From contig OZ024752.1 of assembly GCA_964016885.1 (NCBI GenBank), positions 16,058,001 through 16,122,000 of the forward strand: a stretch of DNA of 64,000 nucleotides, written 5' to 3'. The translations under genes and the position numbers were made by a program. Position 1 is the stretch's first letter, and each line of letters starts with the position of its first letter. The notes under the pieces were generated by a model. It was not told where the DNA came from. It searched no databases and saw only the letters and a list, made by a program, of their open reading frames with translations. Shown piece after piece: positions 13,444 to 28,813 of this stretch. This stretch comes from Eledone cirrhosa (Eukaryota).

Positions 13444-13523
13444 AACCAAATCGATTGTACAATTATATTATTTTCCCGAATTATTAAATTACAGGATATA
13501 AACACTGCCACAGATACAAATGG

Positions 13524-13592
<69 letters not shown>

Positions 13593-13765
13593 TCGTCGAT
13601 ATATTACATGTATGTCCTGTACCTTCGGTCAGTTTTCTTGGTGTCATAATTTATAACTGTTGTATTTACTCTGTACCTAATGTTTTTAACTTTTGATCTA
13701 TTTGTGATTGCCCCAAACAATCGATTAGTATTTCCTGTGTAACAGCTAAAAGTTTTATTTATACC

Positions 13766-13809
<44 letters not shown>

Positions 13810-13831
13810 CTGTGTGTGTGTGTGTGTATCC

Positions 13832-13864
<33 letters not shown>

Positions 13865-14049
13865 TGTGTGTTGCTTTTAGTTACTCCGGAATAAACAAAC
13901 CCACATGCGCACATCGTTGAGTCCTCTACCCTGCATACTGAAATGTCGATAACCAACCAACACATACTTAAATTTATATATATAGTTAGCTTATATCCGC
14001 TATATTTCTAGATTACTGGAAAGCATCCAGCAAATAGCTAACTCCATCC

Positions 14050-15064
14050 ACCAGAGTATTAGAGTTACTATAGACTACCCAAGCAAACACCCCAACCATC
14101 GATTACCTGTACTAGCCACAGAGCTCTGGTTAGAAACCATTAATAACAGAAAACAAATCCTCCATTCCCATTATTCCAAACCCATGACTTCCAAATATCT
14201 GATCCACCGAAACTCAGCTGTTTCGGATCACACCAAAATCAACATACTGATTGCGGATTTAGTACGGGTCATGAGAAACGTGTCCTGCATGTGCAACCCC
14301 AAAGAACTAGAGAGACACATACAACACTTCATCCACCGTATGCAGTTCTCTGGTTACAATCAGAGAGATAAAATCAGAGTATATAGAGGAGGCAGAACCA
14401 TAAAATGATAAATAATGATACAAATGGGACCTGCCCCTTGTATAGGAGCAAATTTTGGAATAGAATAGAAAGAACTAGGAATAAGGTTAATAGAATAAAC
14501 TCATGGTATGATAGCAATAAATACCAGAGTGTAATGTTCATCAATACAACCCCTAGAGGTGAACTAGCTTACACATTTAGAAGGGCCCTAGATAAACTTA
14601 AACTAAATATTAATATAGTGGAAAGACTAGGTACCTCCATAAAAACACTTATTAGTAATACATACCCTTTTCAAAGAACTCCCGGTATATATAAGCAATT
14701 CATAATCTGTAAACTAAGCCTCCATATTAACTGCAAAACTAGAAACATAGTATATAGCATAAGTACTGAGGTACAATGTAAAGATAAGAATATAGTGTAC
14801 ATAGGTGAGACAGCTCGTAGTATAAGAGCACGATTAAATGAACACTGGCGAGAGCTTCAAGTTAGAAAAGAATCATCAGTACTCCACCAACATGCTAAAA
14901 TAGAACATAAGGGCAACTTAGAGAACATAGAAATAAAAATAAAATCTACACACAAAAAAGATGCAATGTTTAGACAAATCACAGAGGCAATAAATACAAA
15001 TGAACTCCAACCAAAATTAAATAGAAAACATGAATGGAATAGCAACATCACAACTTACAATTAA
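14050..15064 (+). pseudogene. Penelope-like element RT C-terminus + GIY-YIG endonuclease (frameshifted, 5' truncated)
   Basis: HYSKPMTSKYLIHRNSA..KINILIADLVRVMRN; NIVY..VYIGETARSIRARLNEH..SVLHQH..RQITEA..PKLNRKHEW; 3'UTR to ~15510 with degenerate HHR at ~15262-15303. Confidence 0.9.
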
Positions 15065-15514
15065 GGACAAAATGAAAACACAAATACTTAGAACAAACAA
15101 CCAACTAGTAACATATAAATAAACAATTAAATAAACAAATAAAAACACCAGCAGACACCCGGATGTAACGCATACGCAAACTAAGCACACAACACACACA
15201 AAAACAAGATGGTGCAGGACAGAACAAAGGAGAGGCACAAAACAAAGAAAAGAATCCCCAGTTCCTGAAGAGATCACAGAATGTGTGACAAAAGAACTTT
15301 GACAATATATGAATAACCGTCGGGTTGTGGAGCCAACCAACCGGAAATTTACAAATTTCTTAAATTTATAAATTTAATTTATAATAAATTAGAGTGAGAT
15401 CGAAGGTACGTGTGTTTCTTATTGGCAACATGACCCTCTCATAGTATAAGATTATCGGTTTCAACGCACGTTTTCCAATAAAGAATCTTGCTAAACAACT
15501 TCAGAAACGATATT

Positions 15515-16017
<503 letters not shown>

Positions 16018-16738
16018 TCTAATATATATTTGTGAAATGGGTGGTGGTTGAAATTCCGTTGTGCGCGGTTAAATGGTAGTAGACGTGGTCGGACGGAGAT
16101 GAGAATTTACACACCTATGTAAAAGGTGCCAAGGAAGCAAATAGATGAGGTTTCAAATCTCTAACTTGAAAATGTGGTCCCTAGGGCCCCCAAACGGTCT
16201 ATTTACTATCGCGTTCGGTGAGTTATTTCCCCCTGTTCTAATACTTGGCTGAGTTATTTACAATTTCATACAAATTTTTAAACTCATCAACGTTCTTTCG
16301 CTGTTAACATACAGTACCAATAATTTGTAAAATATTATTGAAAGTATATTATAAAGAAGCAGTTTCAGGAAAAAGTGTAAACTATCATACAAACCTTCAT
16401 AATATGTATTTTTAAACTTGCATATAATCGACATTGCTATTTCGCTGTTAATAAACTATCATCCTTGTACATTTAACGATCATACAGTACAGTTTTATGA
16501 AATCGATTCTGCAGTACGGTCACTGTTTTCAAAAGAAATAAAACCCTTAAATTGCGAAGAAGGGACGCGTGTTTTATTTTAATTCTAATACATGTTAACC
16601 ACCACTAACAGTAAGTAGTATTTTTCAAATTGCATATCATCGACATTGCTATTTCGCTGTTAATAAACAACGCTTTTCACTTTCAAATTATTAACTTAAT
16701 AAAAAGTGGCCCCGGGTGCAACCGGGCTCAGTTGCTAG
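16018..16738 (+). mobile_element. non-autonomous Helitron
   Basis: A|TCTAATATAT 5' end; 3' hairpin CCCGG(GTGCAA)CCGGG 8 nt before CTAG|T; internal ~50-bp direct repeat. Confidence 0.75.
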
Positions 16739-16955
16739 TATATATATATTTATTAAAATAACAGATTAAAGTTTAAGCAAAGAATCACTGCTTTCACCCT
16801 TAACAGGATCTAATCGAAGGGTGAAAGCAGAGATTCTTTGCTTAAACTTTAATCTATTATTTTAATAAATAATTGCTCTACGGTTCATATATATTTGATA
16901 TATGTTTATCCTTATCGAGCCCTCTTTGGATTTTAGTCTTCAAATTTATTATTAT

Positions 16956-17049
<94 letters not shown>

Positions 17050-17090
17050 ATATGTATGTATATTTATATGTATGTATATATATATATATG

Positions 17091-17130
<40 letters not shown>

Positions 17131-17261
17131 TGTATATATATATATATATACATATATGTATATATATATATATATACATATATGTATATATATATATATG
17201 TATGTGTATATATATATGCATATATGTAGATATACATACATGTATATATTTATGTATATAT

Positions 17262-17908
17262 AGTGTAATTTGCAATACACTATGTTGCACTATTTTGCAA
17301 TACACAATGTTTGTACTGATTGGTACTTATCAAAGGCAAGTACGCCACCAGTACTCCACCTGATTATTACTAGAATTCTATAAGAATCAAACATTCATGA
17401 TTTTCAGCAAACAGGTGGCGTACTTGGTTTGGATAAGTACCAATCAGTACGAAACAGAGCTCTGTCAGCTTTATCTCCCCAGTTTGCTGAAAATTTAAAG
17501 TAAGTGAGACTGTCACTACTCTAAAACAATAGCATAAGGTGTTCGAAATCCTTTTAATTAAGCATACAGTGTATTGCAAAATACACTATATATACATTCA
17601 TATATATATCGCTATTTAAGAGCGCCAATTCTAATTTTCAATTTCTGCTTGACCGTCAACCGCTCTGTATAATCAGTTCCTGATTATTAATAGAATTCTA
17701 TAAGAATCAAACATTCATGATTTTCAGCAAACAGGTGGAGTACTTGGCTTTGATAAGTACCAATCACTATGAAACAGAGCTCTATCAGCTTTATCTCCCC
17801 TGTTTGCTGAAATTTTAAAGTGAGTCAGTCTGGCACTACTCTAAAATAATAGCGTAAGGTCTTCGAAATGCTTTTCATTAAACATACAGTGTATTGCAAA
17901 ATACACTA
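17262..17908 (+). mobile_element. retrozyme-like element: tandem 320-nt units with inverted 5' fragments
   Basis: CCTGATTATTA at 17359 and 17679; 17262-17350 are inverted pieces; TA-rich flanks; HHR in each unit; diverged relative at ~26220-26463. Confidence 0.7.
17746..17790 (+). ncRNA. hammerhead ribozyme, U3:A8 core variant
   Basis: GGCT-TTGATAA-GTAC(CAATCA)..-GAAA-CAGAGCTCT(G/A)-TC-AGCT; sister copy 17426-17470. Confidence 0.75.
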
Positions 17909-18336
17909 TATATAAATGTGTGTGTGTGTGTATATATATGTAGATATACATATATGTATATATAATAATAATAATAGTAATAAATGGAAAATATATCACT
18001 ATAACATCATAATTTATTTCATTATATATATTTCAAATATGAGTTCAAATCCCACCGAGGTTAACTTTGCCTTTCATCCTTACGGGGTCGATAAAATAAA
18101 GTACCAGTAATGCATTGGTGAATTGCTAGCCTTGTGCCAAAAGTAGAAACAATTATATATATTTCAAGGATATTAATTTATAGTATGCTTTCATCAGCTA
18201 AAATATAATATTTGATGTATAAGATAGTGACATACACCTAAAATAGACCTCATGCGGTCAACTTAAAATGGGAATGTGATTTAAAATCTCAAAATATATT
18301 AGGGTCTAAATTAATTGGGAGAGAGAATAAACAAAT

Positions 18337-18524
18337 AATTGTTTCTACTTTAGGCACAAGGCCAGCAATTACCCAGTGCATTACTGGTACTTTATTTTAT
18401 CGACCCCGTAAGGATGAAAGGCAAAGTCAACCTCGGGGGGATTTGAATTCAGATCGTAAAGGGACGTAACTATGCTGGAAAGCATGGCGTCCGACCCTCT
18501 ACTGATACTGCCAATCCACCGCCC
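18337..18524 (-). mobile_element. tRNA-derived SINE with target-site duplication
   Basis: Same family as 1918-2106; AAACAAATAAT on both sides; truncated + copy at ~18040-18155. Confidence 0.85.
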
Positions 18525-19066
18525 TCAAACAAATAATAATGACTGTTAGGATAAACGCTTGAAATGGTTTTTGAAAAAGCTATATATATATATACATATA
18601 TGTATGTATGTAGATATGTATATATGTATATATAGTATTTATATATAGATATGTATATATAGATATATGTATATATAGTTATTTATATATATATGTATAT
18701 AATAAAGAAGAAATTAAAAGATGGTTAAAAGAGTTCCATATATTTTATGGAACTCTTTTAACCATCTTTTAATTTCTTCTTTATTATATATACTCCAGTC
18801 CTACCAACTGGTATATGCATAGTTTTATTGTTCTACAATATTACTCACCTTCTACATATATATGTATATATTTATATATAGATATATGTATATATGCATA
18901 TATACATATATGTATATATAGATATATGTATATATGCATATATAAATATATGTATATATAGATATATGTATATAAGTATATATAGATATAAGTATATATG
19001 TATATATGTATTTGTTTTGAAAGGTTTTTGATATGAAATCGTTTGTTGAAACAAATATTGTTATAC

Positions 19067-19412
19067 TTGGGGAGGGTCATATTGTTGTAATAATATTGCC
19101 AGAAATAATAACAGAACACACTAACTGTATGGTTGGTTTTCGCTTCTGTATCTTTTATATCTCCACAGTTAATTCATTCGGTCCTCATTGTTTACCATTG
19201 ACTGACCAACGGTCAAAAATACAAATATAATATAGATATAAGCACATATATATAGTCTAACAAAGTTCTTTCGTTGCACATCTGCAACATCATCAGTGGT
19301 ACTATTATGTTCCTCCTGTTGTATTGTATGTCTACAATACAACAGGAGGACCGAATGAATTAACTCTGGCAATATTATTACAGCAATATGACCCTCCCCA
19401 AGTATAACAATA
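19067..19412. mobile_element. PLE 3'UTR fragment with inverted end and HHR
   Basis: 19067-19105 is inverted at ~19365-19412; minus strand CTGATGA-T-GTTGCA(GATG)TGCAAC-GAAA at ~19260-19300; similar to 22545-22785 and 35403-35640. Confidence 0.7.
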
Positions 19413-20264
19413 TGTATATATGTATATATACATATATGTATATATAGATATTTGAATACATGTATATATAGATATATGTATATATGTATATATGTATATA
19501 TGTATATATGTATATATAGATATATCTATATATGTTTATATACATATATGTATATATAGATATATGTATATATGTATATATAGATATATCTATATATGTT
19601 TATATACATATATGTATATATAGATATATGTATATATGTATATATACATATATATTATCGGTAGTATAAAGCATCAGATAAGTAATGTTATCAATATAAT
19701 TAACCTTACCCTTCACAAAATCACCATAGAAGTATTTCAATATTAAAACCTTTATCAGGCCCAGTGGTAACTGTATGCTTTATTTTAAACTCCAGTCCCG
19801 AATAATACGCAGGCTGGAAATTTGAAATCTATTTTAAAACATTCTTTATATTTAGCAAATGTTTTCTCAGAGTAATTCTCTTAAAACACTTTAAAACACT
19901 TTCTCAGCACGTCACAGTCTAGAGATACCATTCGGACTGGGGTGTAGAATCTGTGGCTCCCTCCCACCTTCATTTCCTTTCCTTGTTTTAATTTTCGTCT
20001 TGCTTTGTATAAATATGTCTGGAAATAAAGATACTTTTCACACTGTTTTGAGAATATAAATATTTCTAAAACCCTAGTGTCCAAATTAAGACTTAAAATA
20101 AAACTTTCTAAATCATAGTCAAGAGAATTTTTAATAGAATTGAATGTTATTCATACGTGTTTTATTCCACCGGGCCAATCAATGGTTCACTACATTTCTG
20201 TTGGCAACACAATGGAGTCTATCTCCAATGGTGATCGTGAAGTCTTAGTTAGAAACTACGATTC

Positions 20265-20646
20265 GCAGTATCGGTAGAGGGTCGGACGCCATGCTTTGAC
20301 GCTTAGAGTTACGGCCCTTGCCATTCTGAGTACAAATCCCGTCGAGGTTAACTTTGCCTTTCATCCTTACGGAGTCGATAAAATAAAGTACCAGTAATAC
20401 ACTGGGTAATTTGCTGGCCTTGTTCCAAAAGTAGAAACAATTATTTATAGAATTAAGGGCGGTGAATTGGCAGTATCGGTGGAGGGTCGGACACCATGCT
20501 TTGCAGCATAGTTAGGTCCCTTTACGGTCTGAGTTCAAATCCCTTCGAGGTTAACTTTGCCTTTCATCCTTACGGGGGTCGATAAAATAAAGTACCAGTA
20601 ATGTACTGGGATAATTGCTGGCCTCGTGCTAAAAGTAGAAACAATT
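20265..20646 (+). mobile_element. two adjacent tRNA-derived SINE copies
   Basis: 20265-20443 (5' truncated) and 20457-20646; second is flanked by repeated TTATTTATAGAATTAA. Confidence 0.85.
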
Positions 20647-20846
20647 ATTTATAGAATTAATTCACAGAATAGATGTATTAATACTGATATATAGCTAACG
20701 ATAACATAACGAGATTTTCACACCTGGTTGACTTGAAGTAGCTTTTTATTTTCATACACTTGATACTACACAAAGGTAAACATACTCTTGTTATGCGAAT
20801 ACACAACTGAATGCATTGAATTAAGAAATATTAATATATTAAATTA

Positions 20847-21037
20847 AGGACGGTGGATTGGCAGTATCGGTAGAGGGTCGGACGCCATGCTTTGACGTAT
20901 AGAGTTACGGCCCTTGCCATTCTGAGTTCAAATCCCGCCGAGGTTAACTTTGCCTTTCATCCTTACGGGGTCGATAAAATAAAGTACCAGTAATGCACTG
21001 GGTAATTGCTGGCCTTGTGCCTAACGTAGAAACAATT
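20847..21037 (+). mobile_element. tRNA-derived SINE with target-site duplication
   Basis: Full-length copy; TTAATATATTAAAT on both sides. Confidence 0.88.
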
Positions 21038-22208
21038 AATATATTAAATAATTAAACATTTAATTTATTCCAGTTTGTGGTGGTGGATTCACTGAACATA
21101 AACTACTTTCACCTGCAGTGACATAATGAAAGGATTTATTTCTTGGTTGGATCAATTGTTTGCATACGATATGTGTTGATGTCCAGCTAATTGTGTAAGA
21201 TAGCATTAAAATGAAAACTGTACCGTGTCTGAACGCAGAATAGCTTATTTTTATGGTTATATTCGGTACATAGTGATAGAGGGGGGGGGGAGAACTTCAG
21301 TACTACGTGTATTTATGTATGTTTTGACAATTCATGAGACGGTTAAGATACCAAATACTCAAATTGCCGGCTTCTCTAATTTTACAACGTGGTATATTAT
21401 TAAATGTGTATATTATTTCATTTATTGTCCAAATACTATAATAAACATCGCTTAACTCCAGTTCAAAATGATCTCATGCGCCTGAATCTGATCTTCATTT
21501 TACCTACATTAATAAATCTCTTTCGAAACCTTGCATGGATGGCCACTACTTATTTCTCTTGTCAGCTAAGGTTATAAAGTTCAGTTGAGATGATCGTAAA
21601 ACAGCCGTGGATTAACTGTCCAAAAACATTTCGTTTTGTCAATCTCGTTTTGGGAGTCAATTATGATCCAGGTTTTATCCTGAGATCCAAAAATGTTTAA
21701 GCAATTATATAGCCGTGTCTATAGGTATAATCCTATCACACAAAATTGTCTTTGTACTTATTGTGTAATCAAAATGGTGTATGGCGTTTTTAACCTTGAA
21801 CATTATGAAAAACGTGAAATCTTAACTATAATAGAGAAAGGAATGAGGGATTGCGTCCAGAATATATATTTTTTATCCCGTTTATAAAATAAGTTGGATT
21901 ACTTTGAATAAATAATGAATGAATATTACATAATTTATCTACTAAATTTCGTAACTCTTGATTAAATATAAATCATATTTTTGCTTATTAAAGATTCACC
22001 TCTTTAACATTTTCAAATGTCAACACTTCCGGTTAACGCCCATTATATTGTAACACTTAAATAAACATTCATATATTTCCGTCGCTAATTTTCTCCTAAT
22101 GCAGTTTATATATAATATCGTCGTTTTTAAATGTATCGTGGATTACTGAACTGATTACAGAAGACAGTTTAACACAATCTCTCTTCAAGTTCTGTGCAAT
22201 TATGATTT

Positions 22209-22785
22209 TTTCTCTGTTTAGCCTTGGCCTTCTAAACTTAGAAGGCCAAGGCTAAACAGAAAAAAGGAATGGAATAACAAAAACACCCAAACAAACAATA
22301 CTGACCTAAGAGAAGTATAAATAAATAAATAAATACATAAACAAGCACAATAACAACAAACACATATAAACACACACTAGTAAACTAAGATAGAATACAA
22401 TAACCAATACACATTCACCCAAACACGAACACACATCAAACACTATACACACACGCAAACGCATGCGCAGAGAAGAAAAAAATATAAACAGACTAAATAA
22501 AGATGGTGTAGGCATGCAATACAATAGGAGGAATCATAATAGCACCACTGACGATGTTGCAGATGTGCACGAAAGAACTTTGTTAGACTATATATATGTG
22601 TTTGTGTCTATATTGTTTCTGTATTTTTGACCGTTCGTCAATCAATGGTAACATTGAGGACCGAATAAATTAAATTAACCAATATAAAAGAGACAGAAGC
22701 GAAAGCCAACCAAACAGTGAGTGTGTTCTGTTATTAATTCTGCCAATATTATTACACAAATATGACCCTCCCCAAGTATAACTAT
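22209..22785 (+). mobile_element. 5'-truncated PLE 3' end with terminal hairpin and HHR
   Basis: Hairpin 22209-22265 whose right arm encodes RPRLNRKKEWNN (cf. QPKLNRKHEWNS near 15010); CTGACGA..TGCA(GATG)TGCAC-GAAA at 22548. Confidence 0.7.
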
Positions 22786-22833
22786 ATATGGTGGCTGCCA
22801 ACTCGTTATCGAGTACGGCCACTACTTTATATC

Positions 22834-22880
<47 letters not shown>

Positions 22881-23333
22881 ATAGCAGAGTAATTCGATGG
22901 TCAGTAAGAATGTGTCTGTATTTTAGCATGTCAAAAGATATTCTTGGCGCAAAACCAATTTTTTATCCACATGACCTCTACCGACCAATCAAAATTGTTT
23001 TGACCAAGAATTTTTGCTGGAGCCACTTTTTTAACATAAAAACAGTCTTGGCGCAAAATCAACTTTTTACATTCACATGACCTCTACCGACCAATCAAAA
23101 TAGTTTTGACCACAAGCATTTTTGCAACACAAAAATAACGCTGGAGCCACTTTTTTAACATAAAAACATGTAGAATTCCCAAAACTAATCAGATCAGAGC
23201 AAACAGCACGGACATTCTATCTCAAAATTATTTTTGAAAAGCATTTAGAAATGCGCAACCGGTAAAAACTTAAAAACTTAAAACCGCAACTGAATACTAA
23301 CCCATACAATCACTAATACTATTTTATTCCTAA

Positions 23334-24229
23334 CTAGCAGTAAAGCCCGGCGTTGCTCGGGGTCGCTCAGTAGCTGTGTTAAAGTTACAATGTTAAGTTT
23401 CTTTTTTGGCTTAAAAACTGTAGTGTCTACTGTGCAGACTTGCATGTGGTGTTTTTGATTAATATTCCCTCAACCAACAATATGCCTTATGAAGTTAAGA
23501 AAACATAACGATAACCCGAATGTTATAACAAAAGAGGATGCTGGGGATAAAAACTGCACTGGTTATTTATTAACAAAGATCGAAAATGTAAACACTGCAA
23601 CGCAGAGAAAAACATTAGCGTAACCAAATTATCAGTTATGTCTGTCTGCACGCCTATATCACCTCTCTGCACGACTGTCTGTCTGCACGCCTATATCAAC
23701 TCTCTGCACGACTGTCTGTCTGCACGCCTATATCACCTCTCTGCACGACTGTCTGTCTGCACGCCTATATCACCTCTCTGCACGACTGTCTGTCTGCACG
23801 ACTGTCTGTCTGCACGCCTAACGAAATTTACAGATACATATATTTTAAATAAACTTATATAATTTTTGCTTTTTTTTACGAAATATTTGCTTGTTTTACG
23901 TAGTCTTTAAATAGACTTGTTTTCAAGTAAAAATATTGTTTTAAAAGGCTTTTAAATGGAAATGAAAATGTAAAGAGAACGTAAGACGCTACGCTGAATG
24001 TAAACAGAACAAAGGGAAATAACTGATCACTTACGCTCAAAAATCGATACATTATATTCGATTTCGTCAGATAGGGCGGGTCAATTTGAAATATTTTTTT
24101 TCCGATGTCTTCGCTAGGGCTCAATGTACAAGTATAGCAATTTCGGTGCAATTCCGTGAGAGATTCTAAGAGGAGATGTGTGCCAAAAATCGATAGACAG
24201 ACAGACAACCTCAGTTTTATATATATAGA
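23334..24229 (-). mobile_element. non-autonomous Helitron
   Basis: Minus strand: A|TCTATATATATAAAA..(TGTC)n 5' end; CCCGAGCAACGCCGGG hairpin then CTAG|T 3' end; internal 37-bp tandem repeat. Confidence 0.85.
23639..23820. repeat. 37-bp minisatellite (~4.5 copies) inside Helitron
   Basis: Unit TGTCTGTCTGCACGCCTATATCACCTCTCTGCACGAC. Confidence 0.9.
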
Positions 24230-24494
24230 TTAAACCATTTTTCAACTGTGAACAATTTGTCAGCATTTTCTATTCCGTTTACCAATATATAATAACTTGT
24301 GTGTTACACCTCTATTCTTTTAACTATATATATATATATATATATATATGTGGCAGACAATTGATACACCCAGGGCACCATAGTGAAATACCAATATATG
24401 GAACATTACATTATGTAACATTATTTCCTTATATTAATTTATATTCCTTTGACGTTCCGATGAGCCGCTCTGTCTTTAAATATGTTAATTATTT

Positions 24495-24804
24495 TCAACT
24501 GAACCAGATCAATTATGATATATAGTCATTTGATCCAGAAATAGTATATGGAGTAGCGAAACAATTGTAAACGGACATTATTATTATTAACATTATTATT
24601 ATTATTCTCTACATTCCTTACATCAAACTAAAGTATGTTGACAATCTTTTAATAATGTCTTCCTTGTGAAATGTGTGGTCTTGTTTTGCTTAACTAATGA
24701 ATATATATACATATATATACATATATGTATATATATGTATATATATATACATATATGTATATATATATATGTATATAAAAATATGTATATATATATATAT
24801 ATAA

Positions 24805-24840
<36 letters not shown>

Positions 24841-25026
24841 AACGAAGGAAATGTGGTAAGGAACCAGGTGGACCATAACGCACCAAAGTACTCAATACTT
24901 GAGGTAGTAGAGTGGGTAATAGGAACCAGTAAGACCCCGACAGCTGAGCTCAAGCCGTTTCGACGGCTAATTCAGAATTAGCCGTCGAAACGGCTTGAGC
25001 TCAGCTGTCGGGGTCTTACTGGTTCC
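24495..25026. mobile_element. repeat family with terminal inversion through an HHR stem II
   Basis: Perfect ~54-bp arms centred at ~24973 (..CCGTTTCGACGGCTAATTC/GAATTAGCCGTCGAAACGG..); second copy at ~46524-47066. Confidence 0.65.
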
Positions 25027-25653
<627 letters not shown>

Positions 25654-25937
25654 AGCTAACTTTGTCGGTTGCAATGCAAACACGTTTTGTGTTTATCATA
25701 TATTTTAATGTATTTAACTGCTCGGAAATGCCCCTTTTCTTGGAGCTTCATTATTGTAAACGACTGAGAGTTTATTCTCAAAATATAATATAGTATGTAT
25801 ACATATATATGTATATATGTATGTATATATATATATATATATGTATACATATATATGTATATATGTATATATATGTATATATATATATATATACATATAT
25901 ATGTATATATGTATGTATATATATATATGTATACATA

Positions 25938-26037
<100 letters not shown>

Positions 26038-26074
26038 CATGTATGTATATATATGTCATATATATATATATATG

Positions 26075-26118
<44 letters not shown>

Positions 26119-26459
26119 TTAATTAAACATACGGTACATTGCCATATATACTATACATACATTCATGTCTACATCGCTATTTCAAAGCACTGACACTAAC
26201 ACCTTATTTTTGCAGCACCTACAATCGGTCTGTATAATCAGCGCTTAAATATTACTGGAATTATATAAGAATCCAGCTTCTATACTTCTTGGCAAAGGCA
26301 CCGGAATAGTGTTGTTTTGATAAACGCTTACACTCGAGAAACAAACTGTCTGTCGGCCGCTCCCTTTTGTTTTTGCCGACAATAAGTAAGTGACATAGTC
26401 ACTACTTTAAAACTCATAGCGAATTGTCTTCAAAATATTTTTAATTAAACACACAGTAT

Positions 26460-27450
26460 ATTGTTTCAGGGCATCCTTTTTTCCAAAGTGGATTAACTCA
26501 AATTTATCCTTTTTCAGCAGCATATTGTTCTCTTCCGCCCATTGGATATCAGCCAGTAGGTATGACTGAAGGCAAGTCCGGTCTCCCATCTCATTGATGA
26601 CCTTCTGGAGCTTGGGATCAGCTGCAAAGATTCTTATGTTGCTGTGCTTGATGATGTCAGTAATGTCATTAATGTAGATGATGAAAAGAAGTGGGCCCAA
26701 CACAGTGCCTTGTGGGACGCCACTGCTGACTTTGGCTGGGCTTAATTTTACTCCTTTGACTACATGTTGGGTTCTGTCTGTCAGGAAACACTTGATCCAT
26801 TGCAGTAACTTTCAAGAGAAACCAATATTGGGTAGTTTTTTCACTAGAATGAAGTTATCAACCTTGTCAAAGGCCTTGTTGAAATCAAAGTAGATGACAT
26901 CAATGTTGGAGCTATATCGCACAGTTCTCAAACTATCATCAAAGTGAAGCAGCAGCTGTGTTAGGCAGAAAATTAGTTGTTCGTCATCTCACCCCACCTC
27001 CCCTCTCAAATACCTTGATGATATGAGAGTTGAATGAGATCGGGCGGTAGTTTACGGCAAGCGACTTGTTTCCCTTTTGGAAAACTAGGACAACAGACTG
27101 CGACAGAAAGTTTTCAGGAATATAGCCAGCATTCAGTGAGTTCCTCCACAGATTAGCAAGAGGAGATGCAAGTTAGGGTCGACACACCTTCAGGACACAA
27201 GCAGGGCACTTATCGGGGCCTGCTGCTGAATTGTTTAGTTTCGTTTATTGCCATTAAGATATCAGGGATGCCAAACGTTATGTCCGATATAGTGTGTTGG
27301 GGATTAACATCACTGATGCAGCCCAGATTAGCCATATCAGGATTGCTGAGAGCAGATCAGTATTCTTTCTGCAGTATCTCACCCATGGTTTTGGCATTAT
27401 CTGGGAGATTTCCATTTCCATCAATTAGAGGGCGAAGAGTGGAGAGAGTG
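26460..27450 (-). pseudogene. CR1/L2-group LINE reverse transcriptase fragment
   Basis: Minus strand: NYRPISFNSHIIKVFE, DFNKAFDKVD, SGVPQGTVLGPLLFIIYINDI, IFAAD (FADD-like); frameshifted. Confidence 0.85.
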
Positions 27451-27844
27451 ACCTTTCGTGATATTTCTAGTATTAACAATTGTTTCATTGATCAGGTGAG
27501 TCTAGGTATATATATATGTATTAATATATATATCACTCGAAGTTGCGTCACTCGACCTTAAATGCAGTGTTTACCTCTGATCAAATCATCGGAATACTAG
27601 AAATTGTTAATACTAGAAATAAAACCTTTTTGTACAGTCGACCATGTTATTCTTCAATCTTTCACTATTATTACTCCAAGAATAACCTGCATAGGATATC
27701 TCGTGATCTCGCCACCTAACTATGTAATCCTTTTGTTGAGTCAAACAACGCCGTACGTAAAACTATCCAGAATACGGAGTACTCACAACCTTTACCTGGA
27801 TTACCTATAAAGATAACTTGTTATCCCATATATATGTATGTATA

Positions 27845-27933
<89 letters not shown>

Positions 27934-28726
27934 ATATATGTATGTATATGTATATGTATAAATATATATGTATGTATATGTATATGTATAAATATATGTA
28001 TGTATATATATAGGTATATATATGTATGTATTAATATATATATATGTGTGTATATATATGTATAAATATATATGTATGTATATATATAGGTATATATATA
28101 TATATATGTATGTATTAATATATATATATGTGTATATATATATGTATGAATGTATAGTCTATATATATACATATTTTAAAAAAAGGAAAAAAAAAGGACT
28201 TCACTTGTAGTTCTAAATAATATAATTTGATTTCATAATATTATGATTTTACAATTTGGTTTTGTAGATCTATATATATATTAATTTAAGGAAATATCTA
28301 AGCATTATTATATTACCACAGCGTAGTTCTTTTTTCTTAATTCAAATGTCTGCGAATTTGACAATTATGTTTAAAGGCGTTTTCATTCTAACTATCCCAT
28401 TAACTCTTTTTGATTATAATTCCTATTTTAAGATATATCTGTTTTCCTATGTTGCTGTCTTAAACATCAGATTCAAATGCTACAGGATAAAAATTTATCT
28501 TTAAAAATTTGACAATCTTATTTGGATAATAGGATTTACAATGGATTAATATTTTCTTTGATATATTGGTGTTTTGGAATTGATTGTATTAGATTCCTCA
28601 CAGCAGCCAATATAAACTTCTTGTTCTATCTTTAAGGATCTTCTCTCTATCTTATAGCATCTACGCGCATGACCACACCATTTTATATATACATATATAT
28701 ATACATATATGTATAAAAATACACAT

Positions 28727-28811
<85 letters not shown>

Positions 28812-28813
<2 letters not shown>

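Noticed and set aside
20847-20945. tRNA gene
   Set aside because: Box A/B-like motifs belong to multi-copy SINE heads; no full cloverleaf
28330-28680. Additional GIY-YIG fragment on minus strand (VYIGCCEES)
   Set aside because: Heavily frameshifted with only one motif visible; plausible but not verifiable by eye
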